DNA of 64,000 nt from Selaginella moellendorffii (GCF_000143415.4 NW_003314271.1:1093014-1157013); one strand, 5' to 3'; counted from the stretch's first letter, positions 11,273 to 23,831 are shown. The notes: a model not told the origin generated them from the letters alone. A program made the numbers and translations.

Positions 11273-12724
11273 ATGGGATTCTTAGATCTCGATCGAAATC
11301 TAAAGAGCGCTCCGCTGATTCAAACTTTGTCGGAGGATCTTGGCGGGAGAGAGGAGGTAGAAGCTTGGATGCGAGAGTACATTGCTGGGATCTTCATTCA
11401 CTACCGCCACCACCGCCCCTTAGGAGGCTACTTCTTCTTCTCACGGATCCAGACCACCTTGTTCCAATGTCCGTGAGAAATGCCATCTCCGTCTGGATTT
11501 GTTTCTAAATGGTTTTCGTTCAATTTGGATGTTGCAGCTCCAGTGATTCGCAAGGTTCACAACGATTCTGCTCTCGCTGTAAGCATCTTGATCGATTGTC
11601 GGCGCAAAGCTTTCGATTTATCAGGATTAACGAAACTCCACGACCACGTTTTTCCTGTGTTCTCTCGCAGATCAAAGGCAGAGAAGTCGCCGGGGATCTA
11701 AGCGGGACGTGCCTGTTTCTAGTTGGTGAGTTGACCAGTTCGGCATTTTATCTTTTTCTCTTTTTTCCACTTGCAGGGATGATGGGCTGCGGCAAAAGTA
11801 CCGTCGCCAAGGATATCTCAGAGGCGCTCAGCTATGAGTTTCAAGACAGGTTGAAAACAAAATAAATAAAGGAAAAGTGTCACGTTGTTTTTTTCGTACA
11901 GTGACAAGCTTGTCGAGAAGGCCATCGGTGCTACAGTCGCAAAGATCTTCAGCGATTCCAGCGAGGACAAATTCCGAGCAGCGGAGGTTTGTATAGTTCG
12001 AATGTCAAGTGGCAAAACATTGAAGCCTCTTCTTCTCTATGGTATAGAGTGAAGCGCTTAATCAATTGTCCGAGACCTCCAACGTTGTGGTGGCCACGGG
12101 AGGTGGCGCGGTTGTAAGAGACGAGAACTGGTAACAAGAGTTACATCTAAGGTTTATTTTTTTTTTACTGTTTTTTTTTTGACCATGGGATGATTTTTAC
12201 AGGAGGTATTTGAAGCAAGGGATCACCATTTATTTGGACGTTCCCGTGGAAGCTCTAGCACAACGCGTGGTGGCCGCTGGATTGGAAAAGCGACCACTTT
12301 TAGTAGCATCAGGGCCGGACAATTCGCCAGGCAACGCTCACGAACAGGTTTTTCTCGTGCTCGATTGCTTGTCATTGTTTCATTGCAAAAAAATACTTTA
12401 AATTTTTTATTTTTTATTTTCAGGCTTTGGCTCGTCTATCAAAGGTGTACGCGGAGAGGAACAAGGCCTACGAGAGGGCTGATCTTAAGATTAGCGTGGC
12501 GAGTATGTTCATAGCTTGTTTTTTTTGTTTCATTCTTACAAAACGATTGTTTGGGTCCAGAAATTGCGAGTGAGCTAGGTAGAGACTTGAACGAGCTGCC
12601 CCCATCGATGATTGCTCTCAAGGCAAGTTAATCTCCACAAATTCCTTGTTCTTGAAAGATTTCTATAACATTGATCTCTATTCAGGTGTTAGAAGAAACG
12701 CAAAGGCTCATTAATCGCCATTGA
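11273..12724 (+). CDS. Second shikimate kinase paralogue with an atypical N-terminus (start uncertain)
   Basis: Exons give GTCLFLVGMMGCGKSTVAK, VVVATGGGAV, GITIYLDVPVEALAQRVV, RPLL; intron positions match the first SK, including a GC-AG intron. Confidence 0.82.
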
Positions 12725-12838
12725 AGAGCACCCATCAAATTATTCTTGGCATATCCAATAATGGCCGTTGGATGTGAGAGATCCAGCGGTTGAGATTAAG
12801 TGAGATTAAGAAAATTCTTGTACCCCTTTGAGAATGTA

Positions 12839-15800
12839 ATGCCATGGCTCCTCCGCATTCGCAAGCTATGCACTCTCGTCTCCGGCGATGCGATCGGCGA
12901 CCGCGCCCGCGATCGCGATGTCCAGCTCCTGGTCTCGCAGATCCGAGCTTGCGGCATGGCGGGGAGCCTTGCGCGGGGCAAGAGCATCCACGCCCACATC
13001 CTCCACACCCGGCCGGAGCTCTCGCGGGACCGATACCTCGCCAATTTCCTCATCCAGATGTATGGGCGATGCGGCAGCGTGGAGGACGCGCGCTCCGCCT
13101 TCGATCGCATCCAAGAACCCAACGTCTTCTCCTGGGGCGTCTTGATCGTGGCATATGCCCACAATGGGCATATGCGCGAGGCGAAGAGATCGTTTGATTC
13201 CTCCCCCCAGCGCAACGTTTTTCTCTGGAACTCGACCATCTCGGGGTTCGCACAGTGCGGCCACATCCAGGAATCGCGAGCAATCTTTGAAAGGATCCCG
13301 GCGCGCGATGCTTGCTCGTGGAACTCGGTCGTCCAGGCGTATGCCCAGATTGGGGATCTTGCCCAGGCGAGCGAGCTGCTGGATCGAATGCCGCAAAAGG
13401 ATCTCATCTCTTGCAATGCGATGATCGCGGCTTACGCCCAAGGAGGAGAAGTCTGGCGATCAAAAGAGGTTTTTGATGTGATGGAGAGGAGGGAAGTGGT
13501 GTCGTGGAACAGCCTCATGTCTGGGTTTTCACAGAACAAGTATTACAAGGAAGGAAAACTCGTGTTTGATCTCATGCCCGCGTGGAGCATCGTTTCGTGG
13601 ACGGCTCTGATCCAGTTCTTTGCCAGGAACGGGAATCTCGAGGAATCAAAATATACTTTCGACAGAATGCCCGAGAGGAATCAAACTTCTTGGAATGCAG
13701 TCATGTCGGCCTATGCGCAGAACGGCTGCTTAGAATATGCTCTAAATATTCTCGAGAAGATGCCCGAGCAAGACGTGGTGTCCAAGAACACGCAGTTGTC
13801 AGTATATGCCCAATCGGGGCATCTGGAGAGAGTAAAAAGGCTTTTTGATTCAATGGATTGCGATAACCCTCTCACGCTAAGCACAATTCTTCACGCGTAT
13901 GGAGACGCACGTAACTTTGATGCTATGAAGGAAATATTTGAGAAGAGGCCGTACAGGAATCGAATTACCTGGACAGCCATGGTGACGGCATATGCCTCAA
14001 ATGGGCATATCCCGGAATCGAAGAGAATGTTCGACAAGATGCCCGAGCATGGAATCCTCGCTTGTAATTCCATGCTGGCTGCTTACTCTCAGGAAGGTCA
14101 TCTTAAAGAAGCCAAGGAGACATTTGATAAGATGCGCGAGCACAATGTGGTTTCGTGGACGAGCATGGTTCAAGCCTACGCTCAAAACAAGCACTTGGAC
14201 GAGGCAAAAGCCACTTTCGATCAAATGCCCGACAAGGATTCCATCTCTTGGACAAACATGATCACGGCTTACACGCAGTGTGGTTGCCTGGACGAAGCTA
14301 AAGCAATGTTTGAGGATATGAGAAACCGGGGGATTTACTCGTGGACGGCCATGCTCACTGGCTATGCTCAAAGCTCCAACTTGAGTGTTGCGAGGAGAGT
14401 TTTCGATCGAGTTCCACAGCGAAATGTTGTGACTTGGAACGCGATGATCAGTGCGTACTCGCAGGGTGGTCATGTTGCTGATTCTCGTCTGCTGTTCGAG
14501 CAAATGGTGGATCGCAACATCGTGTCTTGGAACGCATTGATCTCTGGATATGCGCAAAATGGCTTCGTAGCCGAATCGAGGAAGGTTTTTGAGCTCATGC
14601 CCGAGCAGGACATGGTAACTTGGTCGAGCATGGTGGCGGCTTACGGCCAAAGTGGTCGTATCGAGGAGGCCGAGCAAGTGTTTCATCGCCTCCCGGAGCA
14701 CGACACCATCTCTCTCACGACCATGGTTGCTGCTTACGGCCAAAACCTGTGCCTCGGTAAAGCAAAATGTCTTTTTGATGGGATTCCCAGGCAGGACTTG
14801 ATCGCTTGCAACGCGATGATCGCTGCCTACACCCAGAACGGCTGCCTGGAGCAAGCAAAATCCATGTTTGATCGCATGACCGTGCTGAGCTCCTTCACCT
14901 GGAACGCCATAATCTCGGCTTACGCTCACTCAGGCCAAGGCAAGGCCGCCATCGAGCTCTTCAAGCAGATGTGTCTTGGAGGCGAGCAAATGGACGAGAT
15001 TTGCTTCGTGAGCGTCCTCACGGCATGTACCCGAGTCGGGCTCCTCGGCGAGGGGCTGAAGTATTTCCTCGTCATGCGCGGCGACTACAAACTTAAGCCG
15101 GCTGGCGAGCACTACTGCTGCATGGTCGACGTTCTTGGAAGATCCGGGCTCTTAGAAGAGGCCGAGGAGCTTATCTACGAAATGCCTTTCCTTCCAAACG
15201 TTGTGGCCTGGGCGACTCTGCTGGGAGCTTGCAAGATCTATCGAGACGTGAAGCGAGCCGAGAGAGCTGTGGATAGATACTCGGAGCTCGATCCAGATAG
15301 CATCACGCCGTTCGTGCTGCTGGCCAACATTTACGCTGCTGCCGGCATGGAGGCCGAGGAAGCGAGCGTGAGAAAGAAGATCAGGGACAAGAAGACGAAG
15401 AACTTTAGAAATCCCGGGTGGCAGAAGGTTCCCGGGATAAGTTTGATCGAGGTGGACAACCGGGTGCACAGATTCATAGCGGGCGATAACGAGCATCCCA
15501 GGATCGAGGAGATTCGCAGCGAGCTCGAGAAACTTCACTGCGCGATGAAAGAAGCTGGTTATGTTCCAGACACGCGGGAAGTTCTTCACGATGTTGACGA
15601 AGAACACAAAGAGGGAATTTTGAGTCACCACAGCGAGAAGCTGGCCATTGCGTTTGGGCTCATGTCGTTGGATGATCGTTGCAAAGAGCCAGTTCGAGTT
15701 GTCAAGAACTTGCGAGTGTGCATGGATTGTCACACCGCTACCAAGTTTATCTCCAAGATCACGGGAAGGAGGATCATTGTCCGTGATGCAAACCGGTTCC

Positions 15801-15844
15801 ACGAGTTTGACAACGGGACATGCTCGTGCCAAGATTTTTGGTAG
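12839..15844 (+). CDS. PLS-E-DYW PPR protein (organellar RNA-editing factor)
   Basis: >20 short PPR repeats, PG box (VPGISLIEV), HSEKLAIAFG, LRVCMDCH zinc ligands, terminus CSCQDFW. Confidence 0.95.
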   Translation: MPWLLRIRKLCTLVSGDAIGDRARDRDVQLLVSQIRACGMAGSLARGKSIHAHILHTRPELSRDRYLANFLIQMYGRCGSVEDARSAFDRIQEPNVFSWGVLIVAYAHNGHMREAKRSFDSSPQRNVFLWNSTISGFAQCGHIQESRAIFERIPARDACSWNSVVQAYAQIGDLAQASELLDRMPQKDLISCNAMIAAYAQGGEVWRSKEVFDVMERREVVSWNSLMSGFSQNKYYKEGKLVFDLMPAWSIVSWTALIQFFARNGNLEESKYTFDRMPERNQTSWNAVMSAYAQNGCLEYALNILEKMPEQDVVSKNTQLSVYAQSGHLERVKRLFDSMDCDNPLTLSTILHAYGDARNFDAMKEIFEKRPYRNRITWTAMVTAYASNGHIPESKRMFDKMPEHGILACNSMLAAYSQEGHLKEAKETFDKMREHNVVSWTSMVQAYAQNKHLDEAKATFDQMPDKDSISWTNMITAYTQCGCLDEAKAMFEDMRNRGIYSWTAMLTGYAQSSNLSVARRVFDRVPQRNVVTWNAMISAYSQGGHVADSRLLFEQMVDRNIVSWNALISGYAQNGFVAESRKVFELMPEQDMVTWSSMVAAYGQSGRIEEAEQVFHRLPEHDTISLTTMVAAYGQNLCLGKAKCLFDGIPRQDLIACNAMIAAYTQNGCLEQAKSMFDRMTVLSSFTWNAIISAYAHSGQGKAAIELFKQMCLGGEQMDEICFVSVLTACTRVGLLGEGLKYFLVMRGDYKLKPAGEHYCCMVDVLGRSGLLEEAEELIYEMPFLPNVVAWATLLGACKIYRDVKRAERAVDRYSELDPDSITPFVLLANIYAAAGMEAEEASVRKKIRDKKTKNFRNPGWQKVPGISLIEVDNRVHRFIAGDNEHPRIEEIRSELEKLHCAMKEAGYVPDTREVLHDVDEEHKEGILSHHSEKLAIAFGLMSLDDRCKEPVRVVKNLRVCMDCHTATKFISKITGRRIIVRDANRFHEFDNGTCSCQDFW

Positions 15845-16998
15845 GAATTACTGAAAAAAAGCGCAATTTTACATTCGAATCTCGAACTGTTTGATAACGG
15901 GTCTTTGCAACTGTGGATTACTGCTCATGAAAGACAGGATTTCTGATAATTTGTGTCGGAATATTTGTCCTTGTTAGCTTACAATCCCTCAAGAACAGCA
16001 TGATCAAAAACCACGAGAAAACAGGAAAAAAAAACGATTTTTTTCTTTGCAGGATCGTCCGCACGTCCTGCAAAAACATGCCATGAAGAGAGCGCGTACT
16101 GTGGATGAAAACAAAAGCGGATCGCAGTAGAGTCATAGTGTCAGCCTTTCGTGACTTTGAGCGCTCACCAGATGTATTCCTTGATCTAGGAGACAAAGAG
16201 CGAGTAAAACTCCATGCCAGGCGAAATTGGTCGATCGATTCATCCAAAGAGTAAATTCTCCGCCAGAGATAGAGAGAAAAAGGTCCATCCATCGATCCAA
16301 AGAGTGTAAGTCTCCCAATCTCCTTGCCGGGAATTACTGCTACAGTGTGAGACTGTATCATTCAATGCAAGCCAGCTCCGTCCACCACCATCGCCATGAA
16401 TGAAACGCTTTTCTTCCTTTGTTTATTTGTTTACCCCTTCATCATTCCCGTGGAGGAATGTGGTGGCGGTGGGAAAGAATTCCGCCCCAGAATCCCCGGT
16501 GTGGAATTCCGTGGCGGAATCGACGGGTACGATGGATTCTGGGACAGAATGTGGCTGGGTGGGGACTCTTTAGCCGTTGGAAGAAGGGAGGAAGTAACAT
16601 TCTTTGCCAGCGAATTATACCGCTCTCTTGGTTTTATAGGTCTGGAGGTCGGAGCAAATATTTTGTGTGTTCCATTCCCGATCGATCGATTGTTAGGGTT
16701 CTTGGAGCGCGCGCGCGCGACAGAGGGATCGTCGCGTCGGCCATCGGCGCCGCATTCGAGGTGTGTGTGTGCGTGTGTCTCCGCGTAGCTTGTCGCATTC
16801 TAGTTTGGGGCTATTCTCTGGTGAATTCTTGGCCGGACAATCCAGGAGCTCGGCTTTTGTCTGTGGCATTCGATCCGTGTTGACGAGGATTCTTGCAGGA
16901 GGATGCTGCATTGCGTGGTCGAGAAGAGGATTATCTCATTCTTGTGAGCGCCTAGCTGCCGAGGGGGAAAGGCTTGCATTGATCGCTAGGATAGAGTG

Positions 16999-18936
16999 AT
17001 GGCGGTATCGAAGAGCTCTAGCGCGCTGCCACCAGAGCTTATCAGGCTTCTAGACGGCGATGACAACCAGAAAGTCCGAGCTCACACTTACTATATCTTC
17101 AATCGGTCTACATTGCGGCATATGAGCCTTCTCAAGGCCTTCTGCCTGTTCGTTTTCCTTCTTGTGACGTAAGTTCTCTTCTTCGGGAAAATCTTCTCTA
17201 CACTCTTTTTCTTTTCTTTTCAATGCAGGGCTGCTTACTTCTGGACTGGATCGTTTCCTTCTCATAACAAGCGGACGGATTACACAAATCCCGCTTGGGC
17301 GGACAAGGTCCAGAAGTCCGCAATGAAAAAGGTGTTGTCCAGTTTCTTAGCTTGGGATGCTTCTTCGTGTACTAACAATGAGTGTGACACACAGAGAGGT
17401 GAGATGGTTGTGCTAGTCACGGGGGCAGCAGGATTTGTGGGCTCACATGTCTCGCTGGCTTTGCGAGAGCGTGGAGATGGAGTTGTAGGGCTGGATAACT
17501 TTAACAGCTACTATCCAGTGGCGCTGAAACGGGCCCGCGCGAAGAATTTGCTCAAAGACGGAGTGTAAGTAACATGCTCATCGTGGCTATTGCTCGCTGA
17601 TTTTGCCGGACAGTTTTGTCGTAGATGGGGATATAAATGATTCGGCATTGCTGGAGAGATTGTTCGCTCTTGTGAAGTTTACACATGTCTTGCATCTGGC
17701 TGCTCAGGTACGTTCGGCTCGAACTTCTTTGCAGTGAACTCAATTCGGTGGAGTGCAGGCCGGGGTTCGGTATGCTGCCCACAATCCTTTGGCGTATGTG
17801 CACAGCAATGTCAACGGTTTTGTCACATTGTTAGAACAATCCAAGGTGGAGAGCTTAAAAAGCAACGAGGTTTTGTTCTAATTATCTGTCTTGACTTTTC
17901 TTGCAGAATAGTAATCCGCAACCAGCAATAGTTTTTGCTTCTTCGAGTAGTGTGTATGGTCTCAATGACAAAGTACGACTGTCGCATCTCAAGCCATTTC
18001 CTGACAAAGTCCGGTGCAGGTTCCATTTTCAGAAGGGGATACCACCGACCGACCTGCAAGCCTCTACGCAGCGACGAAGGTAACAGGTTTTTCAGTCGTC
18101 TTTTCTTCTTTTGCTAATGTCCAGACGTTCTGTCTCGCAGAAGGCGGACGAGGCGCTTGCACACACGTACAATCACATATATGGCTTATCTATCACTGCG
18201 TTGAGGTGAAGCTCACGTTCATTGACTTCATATATAATTTTTTCGACAGGTTCTTCACGGTCTATGGCCCATGGGGCCGTCCCGATATGGCGTATTTCTC
18301 GTTCACGAGGAACATCGTGGAGGGACATGTAGGTGCCGTTGTCCGTCACTGTGAATCACGCGATCTAAACCGCTTATGTTATAACGTGTGTAGGCGATTA
18401 GAATATTTCAAGGTCCACATGGGGAGGAGTTGGCTCGCGACTTCACTTTCATCGACGACGTTGTGAAAGGCTGTGTGGCCTCTCTGGACACGGCGACTCC
18501 AAGCACCGGGAGCGGAGGCAGGAAAAACACCGCCGCACAGCACAGAGTTTTCAACCTGGGGAATACGCATCCTGTGAAAGTCGGCACACTCGTGAGCATT
18601 TTGGAGAAACACCTCAACAAAAAGGCAATCAGACAGTAAGCGCCTTGCTGTTGAAGACTTTTATTCCTTCTCTAACTCTTTGATTGCAGCATTCAACCGA
18701 TGCCAAACACTGGAGACGTGATGTATACACATGCTAACGTGACCAAAGCACGCCTGGAGCTGGGGTGAGAATGCTTTCCCTCTGTTTGACTTACACTCGC
18801 GTTTATTTTTTATCTCAGCTACACACCCACGACCAATCTGGAGCTTGGTCTCAAGCACTTTGTGAAATGGTACCAAAATTATTACAAGTCGGGAAGCGCG
18901 CACGAGGCCAGTATGAGCGGATACAAGCCTTACTGA
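16999..18936 (+). CDS. GAE: UDP-glucuronate 4-epimerase (multi-exon)
   Basis: N-terminal TM anchor; VLVTGAAGFVGSH, GLDNFNSYY, HLAAQAGVRYA, ASSSSVYG, SLYAATKKA, RFFTVYGPWGRPDMAY, ARDFTFIDD. Confidence 0.92.
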
Positions 18937-19158
18937 GGCAGTTTCTAAACCATACTGTGAGTTATACCATAGTACTAATAGTGTATAGATATTGAAACTT
19001 CCAGGTGCTTATATGTATCCTAGCACCACCTCTATACTTTTTTTTTCTGGCGGAAGGTTTCCTCAGAGTGTAATGTAACAATTCTTTCTATTCATTCAAG
19101 TTTGCTTTTCTTCCAGTGTAGGATATTATCGGCGTAAAGATTGGCTTTATGTGAAGCT

Positions 19159-19603
19159 ATGGCGATGGCTGTGCCAGTGCTCCATAGGTTCGTTCCATTT
19201 CTTCATTCACGCTCAAGGGGTGCAGGGCCTTGCCGTTTTCGAGGACGAGATTGGGCTGCTGCTATTCACAAGCAGAGAGATGTAGTGGTCTCTTGTGCCC
19301 CTTCTTCGCCATCTCCACAGGAAGAAGCTCCAAAAAACAATCAATCTCGGGCTCTACTACCGCCGGTATTCCGTCATTCAGGCTTCGTATGTGTTCTCAT
19401 GGCTTGTGTCTCAGGAGGACGTGAGGTACATTGCGAAATTGATCGCTGGATGTGTAGGTGGTGCTATTCTCATCAAGTATGGAAGCTTGATCGTTCCAGA
19501 TGTTGCAAGACCCAGCATTCTCCAGGCTCTGGCAATGATATTCACTCCTGTTGTGGTGAGCGTGGCTGCTTTGTGGAATGCGAGCTCTAGAAAGAAGCCA
19601 TGA
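19159..19603 (+). CDS. Small putative plastid membrane protein (two TM segments, one intron)
   Basis: Transit-like N-terminus, then EDVRYIAKLIAGCVGGAILIKYGS...ALAMIFTPVVVSVAALW. Confidence 0.65.
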
Positions 19604-19713
19604 TAAGGTCTGTTTTGCAAAGTTCGTTTGTTCTTCTCAGACTGAGCAATCGATGTTTTTTGTTTTGTAGATTTGTAAAAGAAAGTCACCAAAAAAAAAA
19701 TCGTATATTTTTT

Positions 19714-21126
19714 TCAAGAGCTCGTGCACACTCTGGAAAGAAGCACGAACGCTTCTGCGTTACCCGGGTCAAGCTCCAGCATTTGCTTCCCAGCGGCGCC
19801 ACCATAGCGTCCAACTTGGTGCACGGAGCTAGCTCCCAGGAGTGCCCTCCACACGGGTCCGTGAGCCTCGAACGGCATGGTGACACTCAGCTCCTCCGCC
19901 CGGTCCAGCTCTCCAGCTCTCGCAAGCAAGCCCACCATCGCGGAGTAGTGCTCCGGCCGAGCACTCAATCCAAAGTCACCACTCAGCGACGCAAAGAGCT
20001 GCCAGCCCCGGTGGACGAGACCGCCATAGCCGCAAGCGATAAGAGCCGCCAGGAAACACACATCGTTGCTGTCAAGCCCACTGCAATTCAGCTCCTGGAA
20101 GCTCTCGAGTCCCTGCCTCCAGTCCCCGGCCAGGACGCTAGATTCGATCAAGCAGCTCCAAGAGACCGTGCTCCGCTCGGGCATTCGGTCGAAGAAGAGT
20201 TTCGTCAAGCTCAAGCTTCCGGAAGTGACGAACGCATGCAGAAGGCCCGTCCAGGCGACGACATCCCGCTCCGGCATGGCTCGAAACGTTTCCAGCGCTT
20301 CCTCGAGGAACCCATTCCGGGCATAGGCGTGAAGCATCGACGTCCATGACTGGAGCGTCAGCTCGGGCATTTGATCGAACAAGCTCTTGGCTTCCTCAAG
20401 ATGCCCGCTCAAGGCATAGGCTTGCAGCATTGTCGTCCACGACGCGACGTTATACTCCGGGAAGCTGTCAAAGATTTGCTTAGAACTGGCAAGATGCTCA
20501 ACCTGGGCATAGCAGTGGAGAAGAGCGTTCCAAGAGATCAAGTTGGTCTCCGGCATCTTCTCAAAACTTTCGCCACACTTTTGGAGATTTCCAAGGCGTC
20601 CGTACATCGCGATCACTGTGTTCCACGAGACGACATCGTGCTCTGGCATGCAAACGAAGATCTCTTCGGCGAGTCTGATATGCCCAGATTCGGCATGAGC
20701 TGCAAGAAATGTGTTCCAGGAAACCATGTCAAGGACTGGCATCTCCTCTTGGAAGATTTTTGCTCCTTTGCAAATCCCAGCTCTTTCGAGAAACGAAGTG
20801 AGTATGATGTTCCACAAGACAATGCTATGCTCTGGTGCGAGCTTGAGAAGCGAGTAAGCTCTCTCTAGATGCCCATTCCTGGCATATGCCGAGAGAAGGA
20901 TACCCCAAGAGAATACGTTGGGTTGGCTGATTTGATCAAAGACTTGGCTTGCCAACTCCAGGCTCCCGCACCTGCCGTACGCCTCCACAAGTAAATTAGC
21001 CAAAAACCTGTCCTGCGTGAGTGAGCTACTGGTGATTTGCTTGTGAATTTTGGAAATCTCTGCTATTGCAACGCAATTTCGGAGATGATCCGCGAGGAAA
21101 ATCCTCGCTTGCTCACTCGAGCACAT
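19714..21126 (-). CDS. PLS-class PPR protein with E-like end
   Basis: Intronless 470-aa ORF with repeated VSWN/T..AYA..G units, HYSAMVGLLARAG, VWRALLGA. Confidence 0.9.
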   Translation of the reverse strand: MCSSEQARIFLADHLRNCVAIAEISKIHKQITSSSLTQDRFLANLLVEAYGRCGSLELASQVFDQISQPNVFSWGILLSAYARNGHLERAYSLLKLAPEHSIVLWNIILTSFLERAGICKGAKIFQEEMPVLDMVSWNTFLAAHAESGHIRLAEEIFVCMPEHDVVSWNTVIAMYGRLGNLQKCGESFEKMPETNLISWNALLHCYAQVEHLASSKQIFDSFPEYNVASWTTMLQAYALSGHLEEAKSLFDQMPELTLQSWTSMLHAYARNGFLEEALETFRAMPERDVVAWTGLLHAFVTSGSLSLTKLFFDRMPERSTVSWSCLIESSVLAGDWRQGLESFQELNCSGLDSNDVCFLAALIACGYGGLVHRGWQLFASLSGDFGLSARPEHYSAMVGLLARAGELDRAEELSVTMPFEAHGPVWRALLGASSVHQVGRYGGAAGKQMLELDPGNAEAFVLLSRVCTSS

Positions 21127-22498
21127 TCAATGTGCTATCCTCTGATGATTTCTTGTCATTCTTGTCATCTACAATTGTGATTCTTCAAGATAAGAATTCA
21201 AAAGAGAAGAACTACCTAGTGAAAAAATAATCAAGTATCTAGTGGAGATTTATTCGTGAGAGTAATGTTTTTTGTGGGTCTTGCAGTGCCCAACTGGAGG
21301 CAGGAGCGCGAAAAGTCGTAACAAATCACCCAAAGGTTTTGGCGTGACAAAGCGAGGTTTTTCTTTGTGATAACGTAATTAGTTTGGAAGTTTGGGGAAT
21401 CCACGCCCCTTGCAAGCGGCGAAGGATAAGAGTCTCCTTTCACAATAGCGTTCTTGAATTTCCAGCTTCAAGGCACTTTGCGACATTCATTTGTATCCAA
21501 AGCTGCCTCATGCTTACGCCATGCGGGAGATATTATCAACAAGATTGGAGAAAAAAAGAAAAAAGGTGGCGCCCAAGACGTTGAACTTCCATGTCGTTTT
21601 TACGTGTGTTATTTGGTTTGTGCTCTCGTGGCGATGAATAGATGGGTGAGGTAAAGTCTACGTGTCAAACAGGACAAGTGCCATCAATTCCAAGTGGGCT
21701 CTTTTGTTGCATGGCCAACTTTCAATGTGGCAGGGCGTAATTTCATCTCAATATATTTCTTGAGAAAGTCTGAGTTAGTAGTTCGCTTTAGAAAACGTTG
21801 TTATGGAAGCAGTGGAGCAAATCATACGGGCACGGACGCACGGACGCGCAGCTTCGTCTTCCCGGATTTTACGAATTAGTCAAAACCGTCACCTCTAGCG
21901 AGGAAATCGGCGGCTCACGATTTCACACGTCCACATGCGCGCCACGTGGTCACCAGGTAGAGAATATGCTTCCGTGCGGCGTCCGTGCGAGCGTTGTGGC
22001 GGATATAAATCGGCCACGCGAAACCATCGCTACCGGGAAAGAAAGGAAAAAAAAAATCACACATCGCGCATTAAATGCTTGCCCTTGAGAGGCGCTCCTC
22101 GCATGTGATCCACTCGCCCTCGCCTCAAAGGATCTCGACGAATCCGACTAGTTTAATCCATCAAATTCCATTCTAGCCGCGATCCATCCATTCTTGTTCC
22201 ATCGATTTCCATTCCATCTCTGCTCGCTCACGCGATCGATCCATCAGCGCTGCGAGAGATTGTCAGGGGTAGCTGGCGGTAGCTCTCAATCGCGCTCGGT
22301 TCTTGTGCGTTGCGCCAGTTTCTCACAGGCAATTTGTCAATCGTTGCAGGAAATCCCAAGAACAGGCTAGGTTCTTGGCCAGGAATTCCAAGAACAGCAA
22401 GATACTTCTCGATCTTGGCAAGACTCCAGAGATTTCGAGGAGATTTCGAGCTCCTTTCTCGATTCTCTCTCCATCTTGGCTGGAACCCAAGAATCTCG

Positions 22499-23074
22499 AT
22501 GGGGAATGCTTGCAGGATATCGTCGATAGACTACTCCAGCGACGACGAGAGCGGCGGTGGCGGCGGCACGAGCCGGTGGATCATCATCCTCCAGGCCAAG
22601 GGCGACGTGATGAAGCTGGAATCCCGCGGCGCCAAGATCAAAGCCGGCGATGTCATGCTCCAGCACCCCCACCATTTCCTCTGCCTCGCCAGCACCATCC
22701 TCGTGCGCCGCAAGAGCAAGATGATCCCGGCCAAGGCGACGCTCCAGCCAGGCAAGATCTATCTCCTCCTCCCCTTGCCAGATCCGGAAGGCCAAGAACA
22801 CGACCAGGAGGAGCGCGAGGGGCACGAGCCGCTACTCCCCACGAGCAACAAGGCCGAGGGCACCACCAAGTTCATCATCTCCAAGCACTACCTGGACAAG
22901 ATCTTGAGCGAGAGCAAGCAGCAGGGCAGCAGTAGCAGGAGGAGCTCCATCCGGCGCAGCGCTCCAATCCCCCAGAGAAGATCCTCCTCCTCCAAGCGGA
23001 GATCCTGCGAGTCGAGCGTCCAGCGGAGATCCATCGTGTGGAGCCCGGCACTGGACAGCATTCCCGAGAAGTAG
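22499..23074 (+). CDS. DUF4228 (PADRE) family protein
   Basis: MGNAC start, KAGDVMLQHPHHFLC, LQPGKIYLLLP, C-terminal WSPALDSIPE. Confidence 0.85.
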   Translation: MGNACRISSIDYSSDDESGGGGGTSRWIIILQAKGDVMKLESRGAKIKAGDVMLQHPHHFLCLASTILVRRKSKMIPAKATLQPGKIYLLLPLPDPEGQEHDQEEREGHEPLLPTSNKAEGTTKFIISKHYLDKILSESKQQGSSSRRSSIRRSAPIPQRRSSSSKRRSCESSVQRRSIVWSPALDSIPEK

Positions 23075-23831
23075 GGAGTGAGTTTTCTCTATTAGCGCGC
23101 GCGCGCCCGGTATTCCTTGTCCGAGGTGTCCGAAGTGGAGTGTCCGAGGTGATAGTCGGTGTCCGAGGTGGTAGTCCGAGCATACGTTTCCATCGATTGG
23201 TCGTTTACGATGTTTTCTTCGTGTTTTCCTCTTGATCTTTAAAACAAAGATAGCTACGAATCAAGAACAGTTCCATTCCACGCCGCCACGGAACAAATGA
23301 TAGTCTAATCTTTTCTTTGCACCAACCTTTTGGGAAATCTCCCTGTGGTTTTGTTTGACCGGGAAGCGATGCATTGATTCAAAGATTTCATGCCATAAAA
23401 ACTGGAGCGACCAGCGCTGCGACAAACTTGGATGAACATGCTATCATGTGGAAGGCGGCACACCAAATCGAGAAAATCCAGCAGCGTAGTTTATATACGC
23501 CGGGACAAACTCGCCGTTATAGAGCGCGCACAAGCTATTAAGCCAACCAGTCAGTTCTTTCGAGACAAAAAAATGGGAAGAACAAAGAAAGCCAATAGCT
23601 GTGTGCTTGCTTGCCGTGGATGGATTGGAAACCAATGCGTTCATACGGAGCAAAGATTTATCTCTTCTCAAAGTCATCCTGCCAAAACAAGCAAACGAGA
23701 GAAAACGCATCAAAACAAAGGAACAAAGATTCGAGACAAAGTGTGCGTGCGAGTACCTCTCTTTAGACACAGACGAGACGATGCATTCCATTTGTTTCTA
23801 AGTCCGCGTTGATAGAAAAATTGGTTTCCTG

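Noticed and set aside
15918-16999. ORFs upstream of GAE
   Set aside because: No motifs; the region looks like promoter, 5' UTR and leader intron.
23119-23181. GTCCGAGGTG short repeats after the DUF4228 gene
   Set aside because: A few degenerate units in a 3' UTR with no evidence of function.
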